Assembly: GCF_030028105.1 (NCBI RefSeq)
Contig: NC_092380.1
Location: 70,305,717-70,369,716 of the forward strand
Origin: Mobula birostris
Lineage: Eukaryota
Direction: 5' to 3'
Length of the DNA stretch: 64,000 bases
The position numbers and the translations under genes were made by a program. Positions 51,401 through 59,299 of the stretch are shown in pieces (the stretch's first letter is position 1; each line of letters opens with the position of its first letter). A model generated the notes under the pieces. The model had not been told where the DNA came from and did not search any database. It worked only from the letters and a program-made list of their open reading frames with translations.

Positions 51401-54400
51401 CAAGAAATAACAGACCGTACACTGCATACAATTAGAAAGAATATATAATTAAGAATGTTAACTTAACCTAACAGTTATTAAAGACTGAAAAAAAACAAAA
51501 GGGCCCATCATAACCAGTCAGTCAAATGTGCACATAAGTAGGAGCTCATCTTGCAGTTGTCTAACTCATGCACTGGACCCTTAGTCTGCGTGAAAGGACA
51601 CACCACCTTCCAAATGTCCCTCAAAATCCAACTCGAACAAATGGGATCTCCCATGGGAGTACTGGTCCTTCCTCTTTGAAACCATTCGTCTGCACAAAGC
51701 ACCTTGTGCAACAGGGACGGCATCCTCAGCCATCTTCCCTCCTGTCTGCTCCCAGCTCCCGCCAAAAAGAGGTCGACCCACACCTGTGTCCCTCAAAAAA
51801 ATCCTCTCTGCCCAGCGTTCTCTAGAACCTTCTCCCAATTCCACCATCCTGATTGGCTGACACCACATTCCTAAGTTGAAGAGCAAAGCCCCTTCTTTCA
51901 GCCCATACCCAAAAAAGGCTGACAGCAGAACAGACTGCTTATAGAACTGCTAAGATGAAATATCTACAGCACAGCAATTAAAAACTTAACAGGGTGCTAC
52001 ACCAGTAGATGTGGGTCTGAGGCTATAGGGGGAGGTTGACCAAGTTAGGACTTTATTTCTTAGAACCTAAGAGACTGAGAGGAGCCTTATGGAGGTGGAC
52101 AAAATCATGTGGGCTCTGGATATGGTGAATGCACAAGGCCTTTCTCCCAAGGAAAGGGGATCAGAGAGAAAGACATAGGTTTAAGATGGGAAGGGAAAGA
52201 TTTAAAAGGGACCTGAGGGGCTTTCTTCACACAGAGTCAGATGTATATGGAACAAGCTGGCAGAAGTTGTTGAGGCAGGTACAATAACAATTTAAATACA
52301 TTTTGAACAGGTCCATGGATAGAAAATGTATAAGGGATACAGACCAAACACAGGCAAATGGGATGAGCTATGATGGGCATCTTGGCACGAGATGGACTGA
52401 AGGACATGTTTCTGTACTGTATGGCTGCCGTGTAGCAACGTGCCAGAAGCTATATTCAAATCAGCCTTGGGCTACAGCACAGGTCCCATCTTTGCTTTAT
52501 TTGGTAGTCATCTTACCGAACTACTTACAGCAAATTACGGTGCACCCCTGCAATACAGGAGGGATGCATTCCTAGAGAGCTATTCAAAATGCTATTTTCC
52601 ATAATGTCAAGGAAGTTTTTCCTCTCTGCCCTGCTGGTTGGCCGATCTGTAGACAAGAGAATGTGGATCGTATTGTAGACAGAAGTGAAGGTTGCTGTTC
52701 TAATTATTTCTGTTACCCCAACTGTATAATGTGGGAGCTTTGCTAAGCCAGAGTCAATTTAACAGTTGTTCACTTCAGTGCTGTATTGTGGATAAGATTT
52801 TCTATTTAAACAAAAAGGTATTTTTCATGTCAATCCGAAAGAAAATGTCACTTTTATTAACATATAAATCTCAGATAACCTGGCATCCTCGGAACTTTGG
52901 TGGTGCAAGCCTCACCGATGTTCTAAATCATTGGATGCTAGTCTACTAACATGAAAGCAATTTCATTTCTTTGTTTCACATGTTACACAGTATTATAATA
53001 TTTTTCCAATGAAAGAGTACGGGGAATAGAACCCAAGCAATTTCAGATTGACTACGGGTATCCCAGCACTTTCTCACATTGGATCCCCAGCTTTGGCCAC
53101 ATAACACAAACCAACTCACACTCTTTAGAGTGTAGATGGTGCACAAGCATTAGGATTTCTGAACAACTGCGTGCAGCCTTTTCAGTTTTAAATGTATTAG
53201 TACTTGGTAATCCTTGCATTTATATAGTGAAATAAAGGAAAGATACTCCCAAGGTATTCTGAAGGAGTGATTTTTTTCCAAATACATTAAATCACATAAA
53301 ACACACAAATGACTTAGAATCTTAAATTAAGTCATTGGCTACTTTTTCAAATAATCCAAAAGGACCCCAACCTTAACGTGGTTTGGAGGCTCATGTGCCT
53401 TAATGACCTGGAGAACTACAGCGGCTGAAGTCAGGGCTTTAAACATTGGCTATTTGTTGGATCAGCCATGTTATACAGGTCAAAGGGTAGAAGCCAGACT
53501 ATGAGTGGTCCACTGATCCTCCAGGTTCAGGGGTTCAGCTCAGGGCTAACAACCTTGACTGATCAAACAAAACTGTTTGAAACAGCAATGAAGAATCCTA
53601 ATACATCTGAGTGCGACAGTATTCCTGAGTCTCCAGCTGGGACTTGCATGACTGACAGTAAACAGAGATGAAGCTACTGACATGATGAAGGAAGCCCTGA
53701 ACACTACCAGAAATGGAGGACTTTCACTGCTGCCCAAAACACCAGTGGTGTGACATGCAAAAGAAGATCTTCTTTTACTCAAATAAGGTAAAACTTCCCA
53801 AACAAAATTTTAAGCACTACTTTAATTTTAGATTATTTTCTGATTTGCAGTTTTGCCATGGTCTCACTCCACCCCTCCTGTACTTTTCTATAAACCCACC
53901 AACCCTCTAAAATATTAACACTTAAACACTTCCCATGTATCCCTAATTTTTTGAGATAATTCTAAAGTGAGAACTTCAGCAGCTGAAAATGCAACCACTA
54001 TCCATGCAGTGAGTAAACTCTGGAATGATTTAGAGCCAAAATTGAAGGCTGGAGATATTTCAGAGGGTATGGGGTTGGGAAAGAGTAGAATAAGGGAGAA
54101 AACATTTTGAGAAAAAGAAAATGGTGCAAAATTAAAGTTCTGCTTAACACTGCAATTGACTGTCTCCACACTACCAAGAAGGATATCAAAAGAATTTTCT
54201 TTGACTATAACCTACCCAGAGACAATTTGATTCAATGAGCACAGGGTTGAAGGGTGCAAGTTTTAACGAGAATACCTCACCCTTTACCAATTAAAATAGG
54301 GAAATCACTTAAGAGTCCAGTCACTTTGGGAGTAGGCTAAAGCCATGATCAAATCTAGAAGGAGTATAATACCTCCAGTCCAACTAACCAACCTGTCAAA

Positions 54401-55297
54401 GCAAGCACCTCCTACTCCACCTGGGTAGAGTTTGCAGGTACCACATTGGCCTCAACAATACCTCAGAAATACAGGGGTTGCAAGTTAGCTTTTACCCTGA
54501 GGAATTGCCAAAGAAGGGGTAAAAACGGGCACAGAGGGGAGAGGAATTCATCAAGACAAATTACAGCAAACAAAAACCACTTCACAATCCAATCTGGAAT
54601 TATGACAAATTTTGACTGGTGTCAACCAAATCCGTAAGTGGCCCAATTATATAAATTTAACCAACATAAATGAAATAATAACCTGAACATCCTATTTTAG
54701 AGGCGGAAAACGTTTTTATGGGTAGGGCACTCTAGTTAGAGCGTAGTTTAAAATGTATAATCATACCACAAAAGAAATATCACAAACAAGAGAAAATCTG
54801 CAGATGCTGGAAATCCAAGTAACTCAGAAATTGCTGGAGGACTCAGTAGGCCAGGCAGCAACCATGGAAAAGAATACAGTCGACGCTCTTGCTGAATGGT
54901 CTCGGCCCAAAACATCGACTGCACTTTAATCCCTAACCGGGTTGGCCTGCTGAGTTCCTCCAACATTTTTTGTGTGTTGCCATAAAATAAATAACCCATC
55001 CGCGTTTTACTTGAAAGAATTGACAATAAACACACTACAAAAGTTTTAAGGTTCTTTGTCCAATTCTCGAGAATGATCTTTTAAAGGAAACCTTAGCCAG
55101 ACTCCATTTTATGCCCCGCCGTTTAAACCAGTTTTACCCAGAGGAGAGCAGTAACCGCACTCTGACACCTTACCTGCCGCAGGGGTGAGCCACACAACAA
55201 TCAGAAACAACACCAGGGGTCCCGAAGCCCCTGACCACCGGTATCGCCGCGACCCCGCCCAAGCGCGGCTGGAAGAAAAACCCAGCTCCGCCGCCAT
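3179..55297 (-). CDS. Multi-exon IgSF type I membrane protein gene: SP-V-C1-TM-(C1)x4-acidic micro-exon linker-Ig; B7-H6/tapasin-like ectodomain; about 950 aa
   Basis: Exons 55174-55297, 38208-38549, 36598-36918, 35651-35767, 33477-33917, 32678-33058, 32031-32342, 30904-31233, 21572-21616, 17134-17178, 12791-12835, 9203-9247, 3179-3483. All have AG/GT boundaries and all internal exons are phase 1-1 with lengths divisible by 3. They sum to 2853 nt (951 codons including stop) with no internal stop. Micro-exon inclusion is inferred. Confidence 0.8.
3690..4190 (-). mobile_element. CR1 LINE 3' fragment
   Basis: ERVQSRFMRMFSGLREVSYRERLSRLGLHLLEYRRLRGD is the CR1 ORF2 C-terminal motif; similar pieces at about 4890-5125, 13440-13760, 17785-18100 and 22820-23140. 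Confidence 0.8.
4325..4885 (+). mobile_element. Gypsy fragment: LTR 3' end, PBS and gag start
   Basis: accagactccaa..gggtacgtaaca matches the LTR end at 44620-44681; tgggggcc PBS; MEVSIDEFLGQPAAEALDDA resembles MVIEEFLKVPTLEALEDA at 44781. Confidence 0.75.
5531..5880 (+). mobile_element. GC-rich insertion, probably a retroelement 5' region
   Basis: Begins ggagaagatggcgg, is CpG-rich and abruptly interrupts the AT-rich repeat unit; family not identified. Confidence 0.4.
6283..8586 (+). mobile_element. Tigger/pogo-like non-autonomous DNA transposon
   Basis: Termini CAGGTGTCCCTCGC and GCGGGGGAAACCTG, TA duplication; removing it restores gaagagacatacagcgataag of the repeat unit; acidic transposase C-terminal remnant VDEDDVEEV. 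Confidence 0.85.
7793..8477. mobile_element. Solo LTR inside the Tigger-like element
   Basis: TGTAAG..TTACA termini and 4-bp TSD CAAA; the flanks rejoin to match the sister Tigger copy at about 40840. Confidence 0.8.
9203..9247 (-). CDS. 45-nt micro-exon ((D)DADKEDGSNRATSE)
   Basis: ttttccccctacag acceptor and GAAG|gtaaag donor; phase 1-1, open. Confidence 0.7.
10208..10937 (-). pseudogene. 45-nt micro-exon split by an insertion of about 680 bp
   Basis: Halves ACTCTGACTGTAAGGAAGAT (10918-10937) and ATGGCAGCAGTAGAGCAAAAGATGAGG (10208-10234) rejoin, sharing the AT, to a 45-nt exon ((D)SDCKEDGSSRAKDE). Acceptor and donor are intact. Confidence 0.75.
10406..10587 (+). repeat. G-rich (GGGGGGAGGGAGA-like) tract followed by (GA)n(CA)n
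   Basis: Many runs of 3 or more G separated by short loops (G-quadruplex-capable), then gagaga and cacaca. Confidence 0.9.
11255..11890 (+). mobile_element. Rex1/Babar-type LINE 3' fragment (copies at about 13160, 15598, 17503, 20032, 21910, 24905)
   Basis: YKYL.VHLDD.LEWS.NT..V..KGQS.L, VVCWGNGI and RLNKLFRKAGSVIG motifs; aataaa plus tatc tail abutting the dead Ig exon. Confidence 0.8.
11891..12197 (-). pseudogene. Dead Ig C1 exon, copy 1
   Basis: EISDIKSDPELVRSKKSATFSISMKGYFPAKI*VT*CKDGK, then a frameshift, then ..SITSMKFIPAESDHGSCIKCEVVHEE..NYAFKGDLVL. Flanked by CR1 and Rex-type insertions. Confidence 0.8.
12791..12835 (-). CDS. 45-nt micro-exon ((D)CISEKDGSSKEKIE)
   Basis: tttttacctacag acceptor and GAAG|gtgaag donor; phase 1-1, open. 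Confidence 0.66.
14666..15280 (-). pseudogene. Split 45-nt micro-exon with lost donor
   Basis: Same insertion as at 10235-10917; the donor reads ataaag instead of gtaaag. Confidence 0.7.
16234..16540 (-). pseudogene. Dead Ig C1 exon, copy 2
   Basis: Same sequence as 11891-12197 shifted by 4343. Confidence 0.78.
17134..17178 (-). CDS. 45-nt micro-exon ((D)CISEKDGSSKEKIE), duplicate copy
   Basis: tttttacctacag acceptor and GAAG|gtgaag donor; identical to 12791-12835 at an offset of 4343. Confidence 0.58.
19007..19713 (-). pseudogene. Split 45-nt micro-exon with lost donor (spans the N gap)
   Basis: Copy of 14666-15280. Confidence 0.68.
19208..19350. other. Assembly gap (143 N) at a G-rich tract
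   Basis: N run flanked by gggg and ggggggagagag, at the position of the G tracts seen at about 10406-10560 and 14866-14915. Confidence 0.98.
20668..20974 (-). pseudogene. Dead Ig C1 exon, copy 3
   Basis: EISDIKSDPEIVQGKKPATFSISMKGYFPAKIKVT*YKDGK, same frameshift, then ..KFIPAKSDHGSCIKCEVVHEE. Confidence 0.8.
21572..21616 (-). CDS. 45-nt micro-exon ((D)HTSKKDGSSKAIIE)
   Basis: ttttttacctacag acceptor and GAAG|gtaaag donor; phase 1-1, open. Confidence 0.68.
22515..22818 (-). pseudogene. Dead Ig C1 exon, copy 4
   Basis: EIPDIKSDPELLQAK*PATFS.. with stops; the ORF track shows its 3' half ISSITSIKFTPAKTDHGSCIKCEVVH. Confidence 0.78.
24035..24600 (-). pseudogene. Split 45-nt micro-exon with 5' half lost
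   Basis: 3' half ..GGCAGCAGTAGAGCAAAAGATGAAG|gtaatg is retained; same insertion; no acceptor half recognisable. Confidence 0.62.
25251..25450 (-). pseudogene. Dead Ig C1 exon, partial copy 5
   Basis: WYKDGK, frameshift, then ISSITSIKFTPAKTDHGSCIKCEVV; 5' part deleted. Confidence 0.7.
26651..26695 (-). pseudogene. Degenerate 45-nt micro-exon
   Basis: Homologous to 9203-9247, but a small deletion removes the acceptor AG (ttacaATGCTG) and a further 1-nt deletion is present. Confidence 0.65.
27651..28200 (-). pseudogene. Split 45-nt micro-exon with 5' half lost
   Basis: As 24035-24600; donor gtaaag is retained. Confidence 0.62.
28425..28705 (-). pseudogene. Dead Ig C1 exon, partial copy 6
   Basis: KKPATFSNPLKGYVPVKIKVMWYKDGK, same frameshift, then ..SITSIKFTPAKTDHVSCIKCELVH. 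Confidence 0.75.
29724..29825 (-). CDS. Candidate 102-nt exon ((V)SEMIGTILLLEEFKYHKELKVLCKMLGPVNMQI)
   Basis: tttttaactggcacag acceptor and A|gtaatt donor; phase 1-1 and open. Sits where the repeated intron unit begins. No recognisable domain. Confidence 0.33.
30904..31233 (-). CDS. Post-TM C1-like Ig exon lacking the F-strand Cys
   Basis: ttttatgtctag acceptor and G|gtgaat donor, 330 nt. Motifs LSCRAYGFFP, FWFKD, SGLYSRSSRW, FKMQILH (M at the Cys position). Confidence 0.88.
32031..32342 (-). CDS. Post-TM Ig C1-set exon
   Basis: cttttccag acceptor and A|gtaagt donor, 312 nt. Motifs LSCQISAFYP, VKWLKDG, YTCQVAHESL. Confidence 0.9.
32678..33058 (-). CDS. Post-TM Ig C1-set exon
   Basis: cttttctaag acceptor and G|gtatac donor, 381 nt. 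Motifs LSCSVSGFKP, IIW, KTYSIASVL, YLCSILH. Confidence 0.9.
33477..33917 (-). CDS. Post-TM C1-like Ig exon with both canonical Cys replaced and a long central insertion
   Basis: ttttgattag acceptor and G|gtaaat donor, 441 nt. (V)PPKI start, SSFRP (C1 GFYP equivalent), VEVSVRIHP, IEVQHQAL (F strand-H motif without Cys). Confidence 0.82.
35651..35767 (-). CDS. Transmembrane exon ((V)SEPESDSTAAVGAAFIGGFVLCFLFAAGPLAYWWRFQA)
   Basis: ggttttctaag acceptor and GCAG|gtaata donor; 117 nt, phase 1-1, open. Short acidic stalk, about 25 hydrophobic residues, then YWWR interface residues. Confidence 0.85.
36598..36918 (-). CDS. Ig C1-set exon (ectodomain)
   Basis: ttttaatacag acceptor and G|gtatgt donor, 321 nt. 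Motifs VRCDATGFYP, IFW, DGTFNVSS, YKCTVRH; N-glycan sequons NGT and NVS. Confidence 0.92.
37190..38170 (+). mobile_element. CR1 LINE 3' portion
   Basis: Decayed ORF2 C-terminus (ggtggtaaggaag, ttctggttgtcccca, gaggggaaacctgat) and the CR1 3' end gggccaaatggcttgttcct..tgttct. Confidence 0.75.
38208..38549 (-). CDS. Ig V-set exon
   Basis: ttgcatttag acceptor and G|gtaaga donor, 342 nt. Motifs TLEC, VKW, GDASLYLPNIQLNEAGEYICVV (V-set D-x-G-x-Y-x-C). Confidence 0.92.
39075..40380 (-). mobile_element. Gypsy 3' end: integrase tail, polypurine tract and 3' LTR
   Basis: Minus strand RRSQRVRTPLDRLAY, then GGGGGGAGAG PPT, then TGTAACACCCT at 40143; the LTR is homologous to 51211-52001. Confidence 0.7.
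39870..40106 (+). mobile_element. tRNA-derived SINE in the LTR
   Basis: B-box GTTCGAATCC, A-rich tail and 10-bp TSD ACAGCATAGC (39860-39869 / 40107-40116). Confidence 0.85.
40487..42345 (+). mobile_element. Tigger-like element (outer, truncated)
   Basis: TA-CAGGTGTCCCCCGC start; the sequence ..ttctatggTA resumes as TAttggaaaagcctgaaagagc at 42298, matching the 6283 copy. Confidence 0.75.
40742..42297 (-). mobile_element. Tigger-like element (inner, complete ends, opposite orientation)
   Basis: Ends (T)AGGTTTCCCCCGC and GCGGGGGACACCTG; TA TSD at 40740-40741 / 42298-42299. Confidence 0.82.
42712..49296 (+). mobile_element. Tc1-family transposon with long IR/DR-type TIRs, transposase disrupted
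   Basis: CAAACCCCATTTCCAGAAAAGTTGGGA..TCCCAACTTTTCTGGAAATGGGGTTTG, TA TSD, TIRs over 200 bp with a repeated aagttggga site. Transposase from ATG 43071 with WSDE, FQQDNA and SPIE; stop at about 43620; Gypsy insertion. Confidence 0.93.
43851..48830 (+). mobile_element. Gmr1-like Gypsy LTR retrotransposon, internally deleted
   Basis: LTRs 43851-44681 and 47997-48830 (TG..CA), TSD GTAG, PBS tggggatctcgtccgcgat (tRNA-Pro-like), PPT gaaggatagggg. Gag has a SCAN-like region and CYNCGKAGHFASRC; protease DTA; integrase H-H-C region precedes RT (YIGD) and RNase H (YTDHNPL). Confidence 0.92.
50040..52001 (-). mobile_element. Gypsy 5' end: LTR (about 51211-52001) and decayed PNMA-type gag
   Basis: The LTR starts TGTAGCACCCT. 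Gag pieces FKEKLLSFLQSE.., GEEEYEAWAEQT and KLSDYIFRLGKLL..LMEQVVKG. Confidence 0.72.
52030..52420 (+). mobile_element. CR1 LINE 3' fragment
   Basis: gagactgagaggagccttat, gaaagatttaaaagggacctgagggg and other CR1 ORF2/3' motifs. Confidence 0.7.
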
Positions 55298-55720
55298 TTC
55301 AGAAGGAAAAAACAATTGCTTTCACTTTCGTATTCTTCACGTGGTTTGTTCGGGTAAGTACCCATCATCATAGAATATGTTTTAATTTAAGTCTTGTCAA
55401 CCGCTGTCTCCGCAAGACTGGCCGTATACATTGCATTGCCCTTAATGTTGTAAGGACGTATCGAAAACTGAGGCTGCAGTCTACAGAGATGGGCGGAAAG
55501 CGGTGTCTGGGTAACGAGCTGCGGGGTGACGGTGACCCTGCTCATCCTCGGAGAGAGAGAATCATTCAGTGCTTCGGGAGGCGGCGACTGCTGCCGATCC
55601 AGCGCCTCTCATGCTCGACCCTTTACCAAAATAAAACCTGTGACCAAAGGGACCCCTGCGTTCCGTGATGGGAATTTTTAACATTAGCTGGCGCTGAGAC
55701 CTTTCTACTGGCAATCCGTA
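55100..55720. promoter_or_regulatory. CpG-rich promoter/first-exon region of the IgSF gene
   Basis: Locally GC/CpG-rich in AT-rich surroundings; contains the ATG exon and an E-box CACGTG at 55338-55343. Confidence 0.6.
55174..55297 (-). CDS. Exon 1, signal peptide (MAAELGFSSSRAWAGSRRYRWSGASGPLVLFLIVVWLTPAA)
   Basis: ATG in gaaATGG context; hydrophobic core LVLFLIVVWL then PAA; donor GCAG|gtaagg, phase 1; lies in a GC/CpG-rich patch. Confidence 0.85.
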
Positions 55721-56254
55721 ACCAATCTACCTAGTCTGGCCCTTGTTCTTCATTTGTTTGCCTGCACTTGACCTATCTAAATACATCACTATAAAATGCA
55801 TTCTGTTATTTTTGCAACCTGAATATACTTATTTATGGAATGATATGTCTGGATGGCTTCTAAACAAAAACGTGTCACTAAATCTTGGTACAGTATTGGT
55901 ATTATTGTCACATACCAATACCAGTGGTAGCAATCATGGTGTTGATAAAATGCAAGGGTGTCTGATGTTCAGCAACATTGTAGCCCTGGTGGTATCATAT
56001 TCTGGCTCTCTAGGTCAAGTCTTGGGAGCTCCCAAGTGCAGGCATGAAATACATAAAGCAAATCAAGCGGTGAAACCTTTCATATTTCATGTGTCTGACA
56101 GATGACAAGCGAATCTGTCTTCCTTTCGGCTTTTTTGTTTTGAGAGAAAACAAATAAAACTGCAGATACTGGAATATGAAACAAACAACATGTGCAGAAA
56201 GATAAATCACTTAGTTGAAGAATGAGGGGTGTATTAACATCATCTGGCATTGAT

Positions 56255-57100
56255 GTAGTTTTGCACAACAACCTTGCTCTCAATATCAATAAGACCAAGG
56301 AATTGACTGTGGACCTGAGGAAGGGGAAGGATGAAGAACACACTCCAGTCCTCGTTGAGGGGTCAGCAGTGGAAATGGTAAGTGGTTTCAAGTTTCTAAA
56401 TGTCAACAACTCTGAAGATCTATCTTTGGCCCAACGTATTGACGTAAATAAGAAGAAAGCATGCCTGCGGCTATATTTCATTAGGGGTTTGAGGAAATTT
56501 TTTAATGTCACAAAGACTTCAGAAAATGTCTACTGATATGTGCTGGAGAGCATTCTGACTGGTTACATCACAATCTGTTATGGAGGTGCCAATACACAGG
56601 ATCAGGAAAAGCTGCAGGGGGTTGTAAACTCAGCCCGCTCCATCATGGGCACGAGCCTCCTCACCATCGACGACATAAGATCATAAGATGTAGGAGCACG
56701 ATTAGGCCATTCTGTGATTTCATTATGGCTGATCCATTTCCTTCTCAGCCCCAAACTATAAGACTATAGGACATCTTCAAAAGGCGATGCCTCCATCGTT
56801 AAGGACTCCCACCACCCAGGACATGCCCTCTTCTCATTACTACCACCAGGGAGCAGGTACAGGAGCCTGAAGCCACACTCAGTTTTAGGAACAGCTTCTT
56901 CCCCTCGGCCATCTGAAATCTGAATGGTTGATGACCCATGAATACAACCTCGCTATTTTGCCTTCGTTTTGCAGGGCTTGTTTATTCTTATATTTCTTAC
57001 TGTAACTTATTGTTTTTTAAATGTTTTGCACTAAAATGCTGCCGCCAAACTGCAAATTTCAAAACCAGTGTCAGTGATGATAAACCTGATTCTGATTCTG
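56255..57100 (+). mobile_element. Rex1/Babar-type LINE 3' fragment
   Basis: NNLALNINKTKELTVDLRK..FKFL..KKACLRLYFIRGL; tail gataaacctgattctgattctg. Confidence 0.78.
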
Positions 57101-58329
57101 GGATTGAGCTGTTGCTGAACTGAAATCATTAGTCATGAGCTTTTTAGGCTATCCAGCCCCCACCCTGCTCCCCATTCTCTCTGCTGCTCGATGGCAGAAT
57201 GGGTTGCAATGACACAATGGGTTGCAATGACACATCCAAATGCCAGGTTGGGCTGAGGAAGTAGAATATGTGCAGGAGCAGCCTATGCCCCAAACATCTC
57301 CATGCAGCATGGAATGGCACGGAGAGCATATGTGAGAGATGGCTCATATTGTATGGGACCAACTCCCAAGAAGGATTTCAGTGCCGGTGTCTAATAACAA
57401 TTCCATCTGAATGAGGTTCAGCCTGATCAGGCCTGACCACTCCTGACCCCACCCCGCTGAATCCCTAGTATTGTCATGCCATATTAATGTCATTTGTACA
57501 CTCTCGTATTACAATTGACAATTGATACACAACATGAGAAATTAGAAGTAACAATAATTTATTTTACTTTGAGCAAGAATATTGGGAAATCATAAATACA
57601 AAAGATTCTGTAGATTCTGGTAATCTTAAGCAATAAACACAAAATGCTGGAGGACCTCACCAAGTCAGACAGCATCTATAGAAGGGAATAAGCATTAAAT
57701 ATTTTGGCTTTGAATGAAGGGTCTCATCATAAAACATCGATTGTACATTATATTCTCCTCTACAGATGCTGCCTGACTTGCTGAGTTCTTACCACAAATT
57801 GAGAAATTGCATTTTTATAGTAATAAACAGAAGAGATTCTGCAGATGCTGGAAATCCAGAGCAACACACAAAATGCTGGAGGAACTTAGCACTTTCACAG
57901 TACCTTTTCTGATCATTCAAAACAGTATCGCAGCTAATACAATACTTGAGATCTTTAGTCACTACAATGTTCTGGAAAGGAAATAGTTGATTATTTTTCT
58001 CTCTCTGCTTTACAGTTCAGATCAAGAATTTAATTATTGGACAAGCTTAATTAGTAAAGAACAACATTATGCTCTGAATCTTGGCTAAATTTGTTTCAGT
58101 ATTAATTGTAAAATACGTTTGAATAAATGTACAATTTCAGACTTAACCTCACAGAAGGAAAATAATCTGAATGTGAACGAAATGATTAATTCTACACTGG
58201 CATACTGAGTGCATCAATAGCCTTGTTTTTTTAAAAATTATGTTACTGAAATGAAATAGCAATTGTTAGACTGTTGGAAAATGTTCTGAGGAAAGGATAT
58301 TATTTTGGAGTCACCTGACTTGCATTTTG

Positions 58330-58780
58330 GCTTTTATGTCTCTTATGGCCAGAAGGACACTCTTGCTTAAATGGAAAGATGCGGCCCCTCCTATTCACGC
58401 CCAATGGTTACGTGATGTCATGTCATGTTTAAATTTAGAGAAGATTCGATGTTCAATCTCTGAATCTAGTCAAGACCTTCAAACATTGTGGGGACCTTTT
58501 CTGAATTATTTTCAAAACCTTTGATTTGCTGTTAAAGCACAGATGATGACTAGTAATTTTTTTCATTTTTTTCTTTACTAATCAGCTTTGGTCTTAGTGG
58601 TGCGTTGGATTTTTTTAATATAATAAAATTCTTATATTTCAATGTTACAAATTAATTAACTTGTATGAATATAGGGTAAGGAGCCTTTATATACGATTTT
58701 GTATAATGTATTGATATATATTTGTTTTCCTGTACTCTGTATTCTTGTATGTAAATTAATAAAAATGCTGGAAAAGAAAA
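58330..58780 (+). mobile_element. L1/Tx1 3' end
   Basis: ARRTLLLKWKD..W..VMSCLNLEKIR, homologous to 49540-49700; aataaa near 58760. Confidence 0.72.
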
Positions 58781-59299
58781 TGTTCTTTTCAATTATGAAG
58801 ATGGGAAATTGTACAAGTTGCATGTTGTTAAAACAGAATTGTAGTTGAAATGTTAGCCCATTTGGCCAATTGCATTATTTGATTTGTAGACCTTATTTAT
58901 TGATGTTCAACTTTAAATTCATTTTCATATGTTCTTGATTTCTTCATGCAATAATGGTTTTTATTATTCTGTTCCACTCCTTTATTATTTTCAATTTTAA
59001 TAAAAATCCATTCTTCATATGACTCCATTTTATAATTTGTGGTAACAGTACTTCCGGTTTGTATTTCTTTCCACATTTTCTTTCATTTTGATGCCTCATT
59101 AACACAAATGAAAGAGCTTAATAATCAAAGTAAGACAATATTAAAAGCTGCAAAATGTTCCATATATGATTTACATAATTCATGTATGAATTAAGTGAAT
59201 CTAATTCAAGTCAAAACCAATTTAAACAGAATATATGCTTTGATCTGCTAATTCTGTTGAGAAAAAAAGCAAATATAATGGTTTAAAATTTCTTTGCCA

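Noticed and set aside
53900-54640. Possible retroviral gag remnant on the minus strand
   Set aside because: No motif I could identify with confidence.
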